A program made the translations under genes and the position numbers. DNA of 54,332 bases. Origin: Priapulus caudatus. Lineage: Eukaryota. The stretch spans positions 892,933-947,264 of the forward strand of contig NW_014577087.1 of NCBI RefSeq assembly GCF_000485595.1, in the 5' to 3' direction. Shown here in pieces: positions 21,858-33,930 of this stretch; positions within the stretch are counted from its first letter, which is position 1, and each line of letters opens with the position of its first letter. The notes under the pieces were generated by a model, which worked only from the letters and a program-made list of their open reading frames with translations, ran no database searches and was not told the DNA's origin.

Positions 21858-24209
21858 CTAGATGCCGAAGGCAACGTCATTAAGAACAGACGCGACCTTT
21901 TCCAATGGTAGCGTCACCTGGTCCTTCGCGTACATTCGCTGTTGATGCATCACAAACCTAGCTCCAAGTGCCTCTATCATCTTTATCGCAGGCGTGTTGT
22001 CGCCAGGTGTATATAAGCAGATCTCTGATCGATCCGGTAGGGCCATTAACACCTGCCGCATCAGCTGTTTCTGTACCTGTTCCGTGTCACCGTAGAGTGG
22101 GAAGATGCCGTAACTCACGCTTCCCACCATGTTGATGGCAACGACATAACCTGTTAGCTTGCCTTTAGCATCTGTTGTAACAAACACCAGCTTCTTATAG
22201 GCCTGTATGTAGGGTCGCAGATAGTCTCCGCGGTCGTGCCCAGCGATGGTCCTGTCGTAGTCGAGTACAGCTTGCAGCATCTCCTCGCTGTATGGCTTCA
22301 CTATAATATTAGCATCATCTTCCAGCTTCAGGGATGCTGCGATCTTGGCATGGTCCACTGTACAGTAGCGGTCTGTCATAATAAACGATTCCGTGGTGAA
22401 TCCATGCTTCTTGTAAAACTGTACGCGGTGCATGACGGAGTCAAGTGCTAGGTTACGGTGGCCGGCGTGCTCACGTACGCGTTTGAGCAACATGGTCCCT
22501 ATTCCAGTTCCTCTCAGGTCGCTGCGTACTATGAAGTGACCCACGAAAGCCTCGTTACCGACCACAGCGCAGTTCAAAAAACCTGCAAGGAGAGACCATA
22601 TATACTTATTATCAACGTACACACTTCTGCTTGTGGGTTTTTATTATTATTGAGTTTATTTGTATATAGCTTGCAGTACGTATAGGCGTACGCACTGATT
22701 CCCCGATAGGTTACATTGCCTAGAAAGCTCTGCCCCCGTCCTTCTACCTAATTAGCATTAACTCATTAATCTCCGATGTATTTGTGAGTGATTGTGTAGC
22801 TTACGATAGAGCTTGCATTGCGTGTTGCGACTTGCTAGACCTTTACCGCTGCTACATCCCCATTCCCATCTGCATCAGCATGTTTTAGCAATATGTTACA
22901 ATCAGAGGCACTTAGAACGTTTCAATGATAAAATGATGGTAATGAAACACGTAATGTATTTACTACCAGTTTTAAATGTTTCTTTACTCTCATTCGCCAT
23001 TCATAAGGGTGGGGGTGGATGGTGCGGGGAGGGGGAGGGTGGGGGAGGGGCGGGTGGAGAGGGCTCTAATAGCAAAAGCAATTCAGTCCTTTGTTAACAG
23101 TCAACAAATCCATGTTTAACCCTCCTCTTGAGGGTCAAAAGGTTATCAGACACTTGCTCTTCGCACGTCAGCGGAAAGTAGATTTCACGGTCCTTTCAAT
23201 AAAGTGATAAAAATAGTAAGGCAGCGCTGAAACAAAAAAAGTTTTGCACTCGGTCCGTTAGACCATGTCCTCAGAAAATGTCTGATATCGGACCTTTCCC
23301 CCACTGCCTTTTGACCTGTGACCTCCAATTTCGCGCTGGTGATGGGTTTCCTCCCCATCACACTATACATCGAATATTAAGAGTGTAGGTCGAGCCGTTG
23401 AGATTTGTGCCGCAATTCCGTATTTCCTCCTATACCTTAAGTTAAGGGGGAAATATTCCCCCTCCATTGACACATCTTGACCTTTGACCCTTGACCCCCA
23501 AATTCGACATTCCGTGTCATTTTCGCGATCCCCCCGATGTCCCGAATATCAAGATCGTACGTCTCGCGGTTAAGATTTGTGCCGTAACTGATGACGCACG
23601 GACGGACGGACGGTCGGACGGACATTCATGCGATTCTACAAGCTGATCTGACTTCGTCAGCTGAGCTAAAAACTCGATAATTTTGTTGTTTGTGCACAGC
23701 GGCGTACGTACGGTGTACTTGTGTGTTGCAGAGATGAATTTGAACGTCATTTACAGGAAATTATCAGTAATAATATGTGAATGAGAATAAATAAGTTAAT
23801 ACTTGGACTTTGGTAGTAAATACATGTCGTGTTTAATTACCATCATTTTATCATTGAAACGTTCAAATTGTCTGTGATTACAATGTGAGCGAATACATGC
23901 TTGCTGCTAGCTCTAGTACTATAGCCGCTTACATTAACTGCCGCTGGCAGTTAATGTAAGCGGCTATAGTACTAGAGCTAGCTTGCTGCGAGGTATGTGC
24001 AGACGATATATACACGTTAGCGAACACGTACCGACTGGTTCTCCGTTAGTTGTCACTGCCGTGAAAGCTCCTCCGCCTTCCCCGTATTTCAGAATGATCT
24101 TGTGAATTTTGAGCTCGTAGTCCTCCGGAAAATCTCCTGCCCACCATTTCAGCACGTACGTCAGATCTGACTCGATAGCGTCCCTGATCGTGCACGGCCC
24201 GCCCGCCAT
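21858..24209 (-). CDS. GNAT-family acyltransferase copy B, 300 aa; exon 1 24209-24032, exon 2 22582-21858
   Basis: Exon 1 MAGGPCTIRDAIESDL...NGEPV ends G|GTACGT and the acceptor TTGCAG ends at 22583. Exon 2 (725 nt) contains RSDLRGTGIG and FYKKHGF. 178+725=903 nt in frame; 1449-nt intron. Confidence 0.82.
22903..23876. mobile_element. CA...TG-ended MITE in the intron of copy B, interrupted by a Helentron-like repeat (~23065-23670)
   Basis: Inverted termini CAGAGGCACTTAGAACGTTTCAA / TTGAAACGTTCAAATTGTCTGTG with flanks GTTACAAT / ATTACAAT. Same element as 42484-43067. Confidence 0.7.
23907..23981. repeat. Perfect 75-bp palindromic insertion (36-bp arms, 3-nt loop) with TSD
   Basis: CTAGCTCTAGTACTATAGCCGCTTACATTAACTGCC-GCT-reverse complement, flanked by CTTGCTG on both sides. 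Absent from the paralogous intron at ~33880. Confidence 0.88.
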
Positions 24210-24918
24210 GATGCCCTACTACCCAATGTAGCCTATGACTCCGCGTTCACAAATGATTACAGCAGGAGCATATGAACTATGTTACATACTGTAAAACATT
24301 TTGTGTACATAAACTTAGTTAATGTGCTCCCGATCAAACAGATCGAGCAGCGGACAGTCTATGTTGGGATAACTCTAGGTTCTGTCCAGTCACGTATATA
24401 GTGTACTGTCAGACTAATATAAGTAAGCAGGCCATAGCGAGCGCAGCGGCCAACCTTGTCCTACTTTTGCTTGGCTCTTGGGCCAATAGCGTGTCCTACT
24501 CACTCGCCCTTTCTACACCTCTCCACTGATCTATATGTATAACTCAGTTATATATAGATCGGTACTCCCCTCTCTCGCGCGTGCACACGCACACACTCTT
24601 TACCTCCCTCTCACTTTCTTTCTATTTTACACTTGCCCCGTCTCCTTTTCTCGTCGGCTATTCCTAAATTTCCCATTTTTGCTATCTATATGCACGTGCG
24701 TGTGTGTACCGAGACCTAGCGCGTCTCTGTTTCCGCAGTGATATTAGCCTTACGTTTACTTTCATACAGTCACGCTACAATAGATAGATGGGCCTAGTGA
24801 CTGTATTCAATGATAATACACTTCCCAGCATGTAGAGGTGATACACGGCGGAACAAAACCTTTCCTTATAACATCTTTATAACGATTTACAATGTGAAAA
24901 TCCATTTCCAATGAAGTT

Positions 24919-26148
24919 CTAGATGAAGAAGATATCCAGATTAAGAACAGATATGACTTTTTCAAATTGTAGTTTCACCTCGTGCTTCGTGTAGAGTCGC
25001 TTTCCGCGCCTCACAATCCTAGCCCCAAGTGTCTCTATCATCCTTACTGCTGGTGCCCCGTGTTCAGGTGTATAAAAGCAGATTTTTGATCCATCCGGTA
25101 GGGCCATTAACACCTGCCGTAGCAGCTGACTCTGTATACCAGCTCCGTGTCACCGTAGAATGGGCATATGCCGTAACTCACGTCTCCAGTCATGTTGATG
25201 GCAATGACAAAACCGGTGACCTTGCCTTCAGCATCTGTTGCTACAAACACCAGCTTCTTATAGGCCTGTATGTAGGGTCGCAGATAGTCTCCGCGGTCGT
25301 GCCCAGCGATGGTTCTGTCGTAGTCGAGTACAGCTTGCAGCATCTCCTCGCTGTATGGCTTCACTGTGATATATTAGCATCATCTTCCAGCTTCAGGGAT
25401 GCTGCGAGCTTGGCGTGATCGACGGTGTAATAACGAGTGGTAATAGTGAACGACTCCGTGGTAAAGCCGTTCTTCTTTTAAGGATCTACGAGTTACATCA
25501 TGGTGTTTATTAAGTCCCAGGTTACGGTGGCCGGCGTGCTCAAGTATGCGCTTCAGTAACATACTCCCTATTCCTTTCCGTCTCATACCGCTCATAAACA
25601 GAATTCAGAAAACCTGCAACGGAAGACGATTGCGATAATACACGTTGACCGTTCGTCTGATGAATGTTAGGAGTAAATCTATCGAATAGCTTGCTTTTTA
25701 GTATTGCTCTAGCTTGCTTTACATGTAGCGGTGGGCCGCGAACCTGCAGCTTCCACGAGGAAGTTTATGTCTACAACGTATATACGTACCGACTGATTCC
25801 CCGTTGGGTAACACTGCCGTGAAAGCTCCGCCGCCTTCACCGTACTCCACCATGATCTTAAGCATCTCAAGCCCGAAGTCTTCCGGAAATTAACCTATCG
25901 ACCATTTCGTGACATGCGGCAGATCGGACTCGACAGTAGCCCTGATCGTACACACATGCACTTGAAGCGTTTCAACTGTAAACACACGCCGCCGCCATTG
26001 CGAGCACACTGACACATAAATATATAGCACACTAAATATACGCACACTATATATATTTATGTGTCAGTGTGCGCGCAACGCAATGGCGGCGGCGTGTGTT
26101 TACAGTTGAAACGCTTCAAGTGCCTGTGATCGTACACCCGTCCGCCAT
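24919..26148 (-). pseudogene. GNAT copy C pseudogene (exon 1 26148-25790 with MITE insertion; exon 2 25613-24919)
   Basis: Exon 1 and intron are nearly identical to copy A. There is a 176-bp insertion in exon 1, the AVVGGEAFMGHFIV segment is lost, and several frameshifts break exon 2 into three ORFs. Confidence 0.85.
25953..26128. mobile_element. 176-bp fold-back MITE with 8-bp TSD inserted in exon 1 of copy C
   Basis: CACATGCACTTGAAGCGTTTCAACTGTAAACACACGCCGCCGCCATTGCG ... CGCAATGGCGGCGGCGTGTGTTTACAGTTGAAACGCTTCAAGTGCCTGTG. ATCGTACA is duplicated at 25945-52 and 26129-36. The empty site is visible in copy A. Confidence 0.9.
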
Positions 26149-26275
26149 GATTATTTTCTGCCCACATTTCTGCCTACCCGTTTATGTTTGGTTATAAATA
26201 AACTACGCCGATTACAGAATCCTTATCAACTTTGTGTGTGTGCGTGCGTGTCTGCGTTTATGTACAAATATTATC

Positions 26276-26315
<40 letters not shown>

Positions 26316-26625
26316 GTAGTGGCACGNNNNNNNNNNNNNNNNNNNNNNNNNNNNNNNNNNNNNNNNNNNNNNNNNNNNNNNNNNNNNNNNNNNNNNNNNN
26401 NNNNNNNNNNNNNNNNNNNNNNNNNNNNNNNNNNNNNNNNNNNNNNNNNNNNNNNNNNNNNNNNNNNNNNNNNNNNNNNNNNNNNNNNNNNNNNNNNNNN
26501 NNNNNNNNNNCCGTTTACTTAGTTTAGGTTAGTTAAATAAACTAACGTACCGTACTTACTAGTAATACCTTACTTACTACTTAGTTGTGTGTGTGTCGTG
26601 GTCGTTGTCGTTATGTACTAATATT

Positions 26626-26665
<40 letters not shown>

Positions 26666-27162
26666 GGTATGGCAGCTCATATTTAGTGTCTCTCTCCCCC
26701 CTTTCTCTCTATCTCTCGCTCGCTCGCTCGTTTGCTCTCTCTCCCCCTCTCCCCTTCTCTCTCCCTCTCGGTATCTCCATTTAACTGTCCTTTCGCCAGT
26801 TACTGTGTCGGGAGCAAAGCGAGGAAAGTAGCATTTCACATGCCGCGTACTTTTATTCAACGAATCTGATTTCATTAACAGACGCGTGACTGCAACTCAT
26901 CAAATCAGGAAATGTAGAAGTAAACGGCTAGCACATGTATTCCAAATAATGATACATTTATTATACTTATTGATGTTTGTATTACTGCTTTTACCGCCTT
27001 GCACATATTTTAATTCCGATGATTTGTAATTAGCAATGTAACACCATTTCTTTGCCGACACCCCAAGTTATATCTTTTTACGTGCGGGAGAGGTCTACGA
27101 CAAAAGTGCCAATAATCTTAAACACCTTTAACGTAATCGGCGAATTAGAAACTCGGTTAGTG

Positions 27163-27887
27163 CTAGATGCCGAATGCAACGTCATTAAGGACAGACGCGA
27201 CCTTTTCCAATGGTAGCGTCACCTCGTCCTTCGCGTACATTCGCTGTTCATGCATCACAAATCTAGCTCCAAGTGCCTCTATCATCTTTATCGCAGGCGT
27301 GTTGTCGCCAGGTGTATGTAAGCAGATCTCTGATTCATCCGGTAGGGCCATTAACACCTGCCTCATCAGCTGTCGCAGTACCTGTTCCGTGTCCCCGTAG
27401 AGTGGGAAGATGCCGTAACTCACGTCCCCAGTCATGTTGACGGCAACGACATAACCTGTTAGCTTGCCTTCAGCATCTGTTGCAACAAACACCAGCTTCT
27501 TATAAGCCTGTAAATAGGGACGCAGGTAGTCTCCGCGGTCGTGCCCAGCGATGGTTCTGTCGTAGTCGAGTACAGCTTGCAGCATCTCCTCGTTGTATGG
27601 CTTCACTATAATATTAGCATCATCTTCCAGCTTCAGGGATGCTGCGATCTTGGCGTGGTCCACTGTACAGTATCGGTTTGTCATAATAAACGATTCCGTG
27701 GTGAATCCATGCTTCTTGTAAAACTGTACGCGGTGCATGACGGAGTCAAGCGCTAGGTTACGGTGGCCGGCGTGCTCACGTACACGTTTGAGCAACATGG
27801 TCCCTATTCCAGTTCCTCTCAGGTCGCTGCGTACTATGAAGTGACCCACGAAAGCCTCGTTACCGACTACAGCGCAGTTCAAAAAAC
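27163..27887 (-). CDS. GNAT copy D, intact exon 2 (B-type); cognate exon 1 not found upstream
   Basis: 725-nt open exon after a TTGCAG acceptor, near-identical to exon 2 of B. The intron breaks off at ~28470 into other repeats and an N-gap. Confidence 0.65.
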
Positions 27888-28643
27888 CTGCAACGAGAGA
27901 CCATATATACTTATTATCAACGTACACGCTTCTGCTTGTGGGTTTTTATTATTATTGAGTTTATTTGTATATAGCTTGCAGTACGTAGGCGTACGCACTG
28001 ATTCCCCGATAGGTTACATTGCCTAGAAAGCTCTGCCCCCCTTCCTTCTACCTAATTAGCATTAACTCATTAACCTCCGATGTATTTGTGAGTGATTGTG
28101 TAGCTTACGATAGAGCTTGCATTGCGTGTTGCGACTTGCTAGACCTTTACCGCTGCTACATCCTCATTCCCATCTGCATCAGCATGTTTTAGCAATAGGT
28201 TACAATCACCGGCACTTAGAACGTTTCAATGATAAAATGATGGTAATGAAACACGTAATGTATTTACTACCAGTTTTAAATGTTTCTTTACTCTCATTCG
28301 CCTATTATTACTGAAAATTTTCTGTAAATGCCGTTCAAATGCTCCACTGCAACCATAGAAATATATAGAGACACTAGTCTAACTAGTGTAGGTATATTAT
28401 TTATATGTCTGCAACACACACACGTACACCGCACGCACGCCGCTGTACTCAAACAACAAAATACTAAACAACAAGTGCAGCAGAGCGACAGCGCTCAACT
28501 GACGTGTACTGTAGCCGGGTATTCTTCTGATATACCGAATCCAGAGAGACATGATACAAGATTGCGTGGCACAGCTTTGCTGTTGATCCTAAGTGATGAG
28601 ACGCGCAGTTCCGCGGGATATGCGCACGCTACCAAGTATGAAG

Positions 28644-28708
28644 CGCTGTCCGCAGTGGAGACGTGCGCCAAATTCGAGACCCGGCGCACGTCTCCACAGC
28701 GGTCAGCG
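28644..28708. repeat. GC-rich 26-bp-stem hairpin inside a ~95-bp direct repeat (second copy 29283-29347)
   Basis: CGCTGTCCGCAGTGGAGACGTGCGCC-13 nt-GGCGCACGTCTCCACAGCGGTCAGCG, with 2 mismatches in the stem. Confidence 0.8.
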
Positions 28709-28789
28709 GATGGTCTGTAGTTTTAGAAGATGACAATGATTATATATGGACGATATTCTAGGAATTGGATCGCGCGAGATTATAAAACA

Positions 28790-29188
28790 GTAACAAAAAT
28801 CGCTCAGTCATGTTCCAGCTTAGCTGAATCAAAAAGATTTGAATTTAATATGAACAAAACAAATACAATGGTTATAAAATTCACAAACAAAGAAAAGATA
28901 GAGAAGGATATATTAATAGGCAACCAAGTAATCAAAAAATGCACCAAATAAACATACCTAGGGGATTTAATTAATGATATAGGAGGTTAGAATGATATGA
29001 TAAGAGTCCGAACTGAAAAATGTAGGTTAATGATGAGGGAAATATTATCATGGGCAGAAGAGCAAAATTATGGAAATCATACTATAGAAGCAAGAGTGAA
29101 ATTATACGAATGCACAGTTTTACCTTCCTTCCTAAATAACAGTGAAACATGGACTAACTTAACTAAGGAAGAAGTAAAAATGTTGGAG
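28790..29188 (+). mobile_element. Non-LTR retrotransposon (LINE) ORF2 fragment, RT C-terminal region
   Basis: FNMNKTNTMVI...*TYLGDLI...KLYECTVLPSFLNNSETWTNLTK matches the LINE NxxKT / YLG / LYxxxVLP..SETW motifs. Stops present; ends at a gap. Confidence 0.75.
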
Positions 29189-29436
29189 NNNNNNNNNNGA
29201 ACAGTCTCGAATTTTAGCGGGTCTAATTTACTAGCAAACATATGCACACGCCATCGCGCAGGCCTAATAGCGATGTTTGAAGCGCTGTCCGCAGTGGAGA
29301 CGTGCGCCAAATTCGAGGCCCGGCGCACGTCTCCACAGCGGTCAGCGGATGGTCTGTAGTTTTAGAAGATAACAATGAAGACTTTGTTGTAAAGAAGAAC
29401 CAGGGTTTCTTATACATAAGAGGCAAGGTACGTAAG

Positions 29437-30380
29437 AGGAGCAGATTTTTTATCCATCCGGTAGGGCCATTAACACCTGCCTGATGAGATGACTCTGTAC
29501 CTGCTCCGTGTCACCGTAGAGTGGGAAGATGCCGTAACTCACGTCTCCAGTCATGTTAATGGCAATGACAAAACCGGTGATCTTGCCTTCAGCATCTGTT
29601 GCTACAAACATCAGCTTCTTATAGGCCCGTATGTAGGGTCGCAGATCCGCAGTCGGTCGTGCCCAGCGATGGTCCTGTCGTAGTCGAGTACAGCTTGCAG
29701 CATCTCCTCGCTGTATGGCTTCACTGTGATATTAGCATCATCTTCTAGCTTCAGGGATGCTGCGAGCTTGGCGTGATTCACTGCGTAGTGTCTCGTTGTA
29801 ATCACGAAAGACTCTGTAGTGAAACCGTTCTTCTCATAAAGCTTTAATTTTAATTACGCAGTGCATGGCGGAGTTAAGTCCCAGGTTACGGTGGCCGGCG
29901 TGCTCAACCGCCCGTTTGAGTAACATACTTCCTATTCCTCTCCGTCTCATGTCGCTATACGTACCATGAAGTGACCCATGAAAGCTTCGTCACCGACAAC
30001 AGCAGAATTCAGAAAACCTGCAATGAAATACGTTAGCACTTCAATTACCAACGTTGACATTTCTTTCTGTTAATTATACATTTATATATAGCGGCTGGCA
30101 TTTGGCTCTTAATTGCTATATATAGCTTGCATCTGCGCAAACTCTACTGCTACTACGTGGTTTATGTCGAGAACAGATAATAAACGTATGGTAACGAACC
30201 TAATGGTTCTCCGCTAGGAAGCACTAGTACTGCCGTGAAAGCTCCGCCGCCTTCGCCGTATTTCATTATGATTTTAAGCGTTTCAACTTCGAAGTCTTCC
30301 GCGAAATCGCCTGCTTACCATTTCATCACATAAGGCAGATCTGACTCGGTAGCAGCTCTGACCGTACACCCGTCCGCCAT
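29437..30380 (-). pseudogene. GNAT copy E pseudogene (exon 1 30380-30200; exon 2 30017-~29437, 3'-truncated)
   Basis: ATG GCG GAC GGG TGT ... AAA TGG TAA gives a premature stop in exon 1. Exon 2 has indels, and its 3' end is replaced by the hairpin-containing repeat. Confidence 0.82.
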
Positions 30381-30953
30381 GATGTCTAATGCCCAGTAGA
30401 GTGAAACCAGTGCTGCCCATGGAATGCACGCAGGTGTCTAGATATTTGTCTCCATGTATGTGTATCTATATTGCATCCAGCTGAGTGCAATCTCAGTAGC
30501 ACCCCTATTCTAGTTTTGCATCGCGTCTGTAAACAATACCCTCAGCACGTTTTTTCCACACCCTATAGTCCCCGCTCTCATCATACCTGACTACCCATTG
30601 TAACATATGTAATATCAAGGGTACATAATAGGAGATCTCCTATTATGTACTCTTGGTAATATCCCGTACAGACTGCAACTTTGACTCTACGTTAAACTAG
30701 TTCGGCTCGGACTATTTTTTTGCGGTGACAGTGTGTACACGGGCACTACCCTGGGGGACATATAGACCCTATCAGCGTTAGCATCCCCGAATCGAGGTGG
30801 GCCAGGTTCATAGATAACATATATACACATATGCATATATGCATCGTATATATATGGGCCTGTTGTCTCGCGCTAAACGGTGCATGTGTGTATTTAATCC
30901 GGGGCCAGGCTCGAACTAAATTTCGATATTGTTAATATAACAAATAAGAAATT

Positions 30954-31002
<49 letters not shown>

Positions 31003-31522
31003 GGAAAGGGGGTGTACGTGTGTGCGTATGTATGTGTGCAACATCCTATTGGCGACTTCTATATAGTCTCTCTCTCCCCCTCTCCCTCTCTTTCGCTCGA
31101 TCTCTGCCTGCCTCTCCCCCTTTTTAGTCTAGTTCTCTATATTATATTACTGTCATTACCCAGTTACCGTATCGGAAGCAATGCGAGGGAAACTCCATTT
31201 CACGTTTAATTGACTTTTATTACACACATCTGTTTTATTTAATAGAATCTTTACAGATACTATACTACGACAACAAACAAGCAAATGTCAAAGTACACAG
31301 TGTCCTCGACTTATAATTAACGGTTAACATTTACGACATTTATCTATATAATAATTTTGGCATCGTAACAATCCGTTTGAGTAAGATCACGAGTTGCTCC
31401 TTCGTGGTGCAGTAGATTGTAAAATACCATTAACAAGTTAATTAACCAATATAATTAATTAGCTATTATATGAAGGTGGATTATCATTCGGTGATATATG
31501 TCAGCAGGAAAGTCTATTTGTG

Positions 31523-32608
31523 CTAGATTCCGAAGGCAACATAATTAAGAAGAGACACGACTTTTTCCCTTGGTAGTTTCACTTCGCGCTTCGTGTAGAG
31601 TCGCTTTAGATGCATGACAGACCTAGCTCCTAGATTTTCCACCAATCTTACCGCAGGTGTGTTGTCATCAGGCGTATAGAAACAGATCTCTGATCCATTC
31701 GGCAGGGCCATTAACACCTGCCTCATCAGATGACTCTGTACCTGCTCCGTGTCACCGTAGAGTGGGAAGATGCCGTAACTCACGCTTCCCACCATGTTGA
31801 TGGCAACGACATAACCTGTTACCTTGTCTTTAGCATCTGTTGCAACAAACACCAGCTTCTTATAAGCCTGTAAACAGGGACGCAGGTAGTCCCCGCGGTC
31901 GTGCCCAGCTATGTTCCTGTCGTAGTCGAGTACAGCTTGCAGCATCTCCTCGCTGTATGGCTTTACTATGATATTGGCTTCATCTTCCAGCTTCAGGGAT
32001 GCTGCGATCTTGGCGTGATCGACGGTGTAATAACGGTCGGTAATAGTGAACGACTCCGTCGTAAAACCGTTCTTTTTATGCCGCTCCACAACTTGCATGA
32101 CAGAGTTAAGTCCCAAATTACAGTGGGCGGCGTGCTCACGTATGCGTTTGACCAACATACGACCTATTCCTGATCCTCTCATGTCACTACGTACTACGAA
32201 ATGACCCATGAAAGCATCGTCACCGACTACAGCGCAATTTAGAAAACCTGCAATGAGAGACCATATAATTATAAAGATGAGTAGATTGATGAGTAAAGTT
32301 TTGTACTTGTGTTTTATGTTCATCTATTTTTTTAATATGTATAAAGCTTGCAGAACGTATATATACAAACCTACTGGTTCCCCGCTGGGTAACACTGCCG
32401 TGAAGGCACCACCGCCTTTTCCGTACTTCATAGTGATAGTGTGCATATTGGGCTCGATGTCTTGTGGAAATTCAGCCTCCCACCATTTCAGCACATGTGG
32501 CAGATCCGATGCAATGGCATCTCTAACAGTACACCTTTTCGACGAAAAGTAAACAGGCCGGGCGAAAGACAGTAGGTACAGGAACTGGTCACGTCGGTGA
32601 CGCCCCAT
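31523..32608 (-). CDS. GNAT copy F; exon 2 32247-31523 intact, exon 1 ends 32371; ancestral ATG lost at ~32541, in-frame ATG at 32608
   Basis: KRCTVRDAIASDLPHVLKWW...PSGEPV ends G|GTTTGT, then a 123-nt intron ending TTGCAG and a 725-nt exon 2 (RSDMRGSGIG...). Sequence upstream of KRC is unrelated to the paralogues. Confidence 0.7.
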
Positions 32609-33930
32609 TCATGTCCATCAACGAAGAAGGCGGGGCTTATTCTGATTACGGAGATGCGAAAATTCAACAGAAGGACGTAGCGCAGTGCGCTAAAGAGCGT
32701 GTTATTTTCGTTTTTGTGCCAAACTCTATCATAGGAAACCGTTCTAGCCTAGCAGAATGCCCTAGTTCCTGAGATCGGCGATTTGGTGCTCTAATGGTAT
32801 TATACCTAGAAATTATAATAGCGAGGTGCGGCGTAGACTGTGATTGGAAGACACAAAGTGTCAATCCTCGGCGCGCCTCGGCATCATGGCTGCATCACGT
32901 CAAGTGCGCCCTCCCGCCACCGCGTTGACAGACTTTGACAGTAATAAAGATATAGCTGTGTAACTTTAATGACTTATATGCGTCGATCGCGAGCGTGGTG
33001 GTGGTGGTGGGGGAGAGGGAGAGGGAGGGCCGGTTGATGGGGGCTCTAATAGCAAAAGCAGTTCAGTCCTTTGTTAACAGTCAACAAATCCATGTTTAAT
33101 CCTCCTCTTGAGGGTTAAAAGGTTATCAGACACTTACTCTTCGCACGTCAGCGGAAAGTAGATTTCACGGTCCTTTCAATAAAGTGATAAAAATGGTAGG
33201 TTAGCGCTGAAACAAAAAAGTTTTCTACTCGGTCCGTTAGACCATGTCCTCAGAAAATGTCTGATATCTGACCTTTCCCCCACTGCCCTTTGACCTGTCC
33301 AATTTCTCGCTGGTGATGGCCGGGTTTCCTCCCCATCACACTATACATCGAATATTAAGAGCGTAGGTCGAGCCGTTGAGATTTGTGCCGCCATTCCGTA
33401 TTTCCTTTTATACCTTAAGTTAAGGGAGAAATATTCCCCCTCCATTGACACATCTTGACCTTTGACCCTTGACCCCCAAATTCGACATCCCGTGTCCTTT
33501 TCGCGACCCCCCCCCCGACGTCCCGAATATCAAGATCGTACGTCGCGCGGTTAAGATTTATGCCGTAACTGTTGACGCACGGACAGACGGACGGACGGAC
33601 ATTCATGCGATTCTACAAGCTGCATCTGACTTCGTCAGCTGAGCTAAAAACTCGATAATTTTGTTGTTTGTGCACAGCGGCGTACGTACGGTGTACTTGT
33701 GTGTTGCAGAGAAGAATTTGAACGTCATTTACAGGAAATTATCAGTAATAATAATATGTGAATGAGAATAAATAAGTTAATACTTGGACTTTGGTAGTAA
33801 TTACATTTCGTGATTAATTACCATCATTTTATCATTGACACGTTCCAAGTGTCTGTGATTACAATGTGAGCGAATGCATGCTTGCTGCGAGGTATGTGCA
33901 GACGATATATACACGTTAGTGAACACGTAC

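Noticed and set aside
22583..22622. N-terminal extensions of exon 2 ORFs (MYVDNKYIWSLLA; also at 27888-27927 and 32248-32323)
   Set aside because: They lie upstream of the conserved TTGCAG acceptor and are intronic; the real N-terminus comes from exon 1.
20179..22685. Plus-strand ORFs antisense to the GNAT exons
   Set aside because: Short shadow ORFs, repeated only because the sense genes are duplicated.
23008..23065. G-quadruplex-capable tract in the B intron (similar at ~33000)
   Set aside because: Low-complexity edge of a repeat insertion with no evidence of function.
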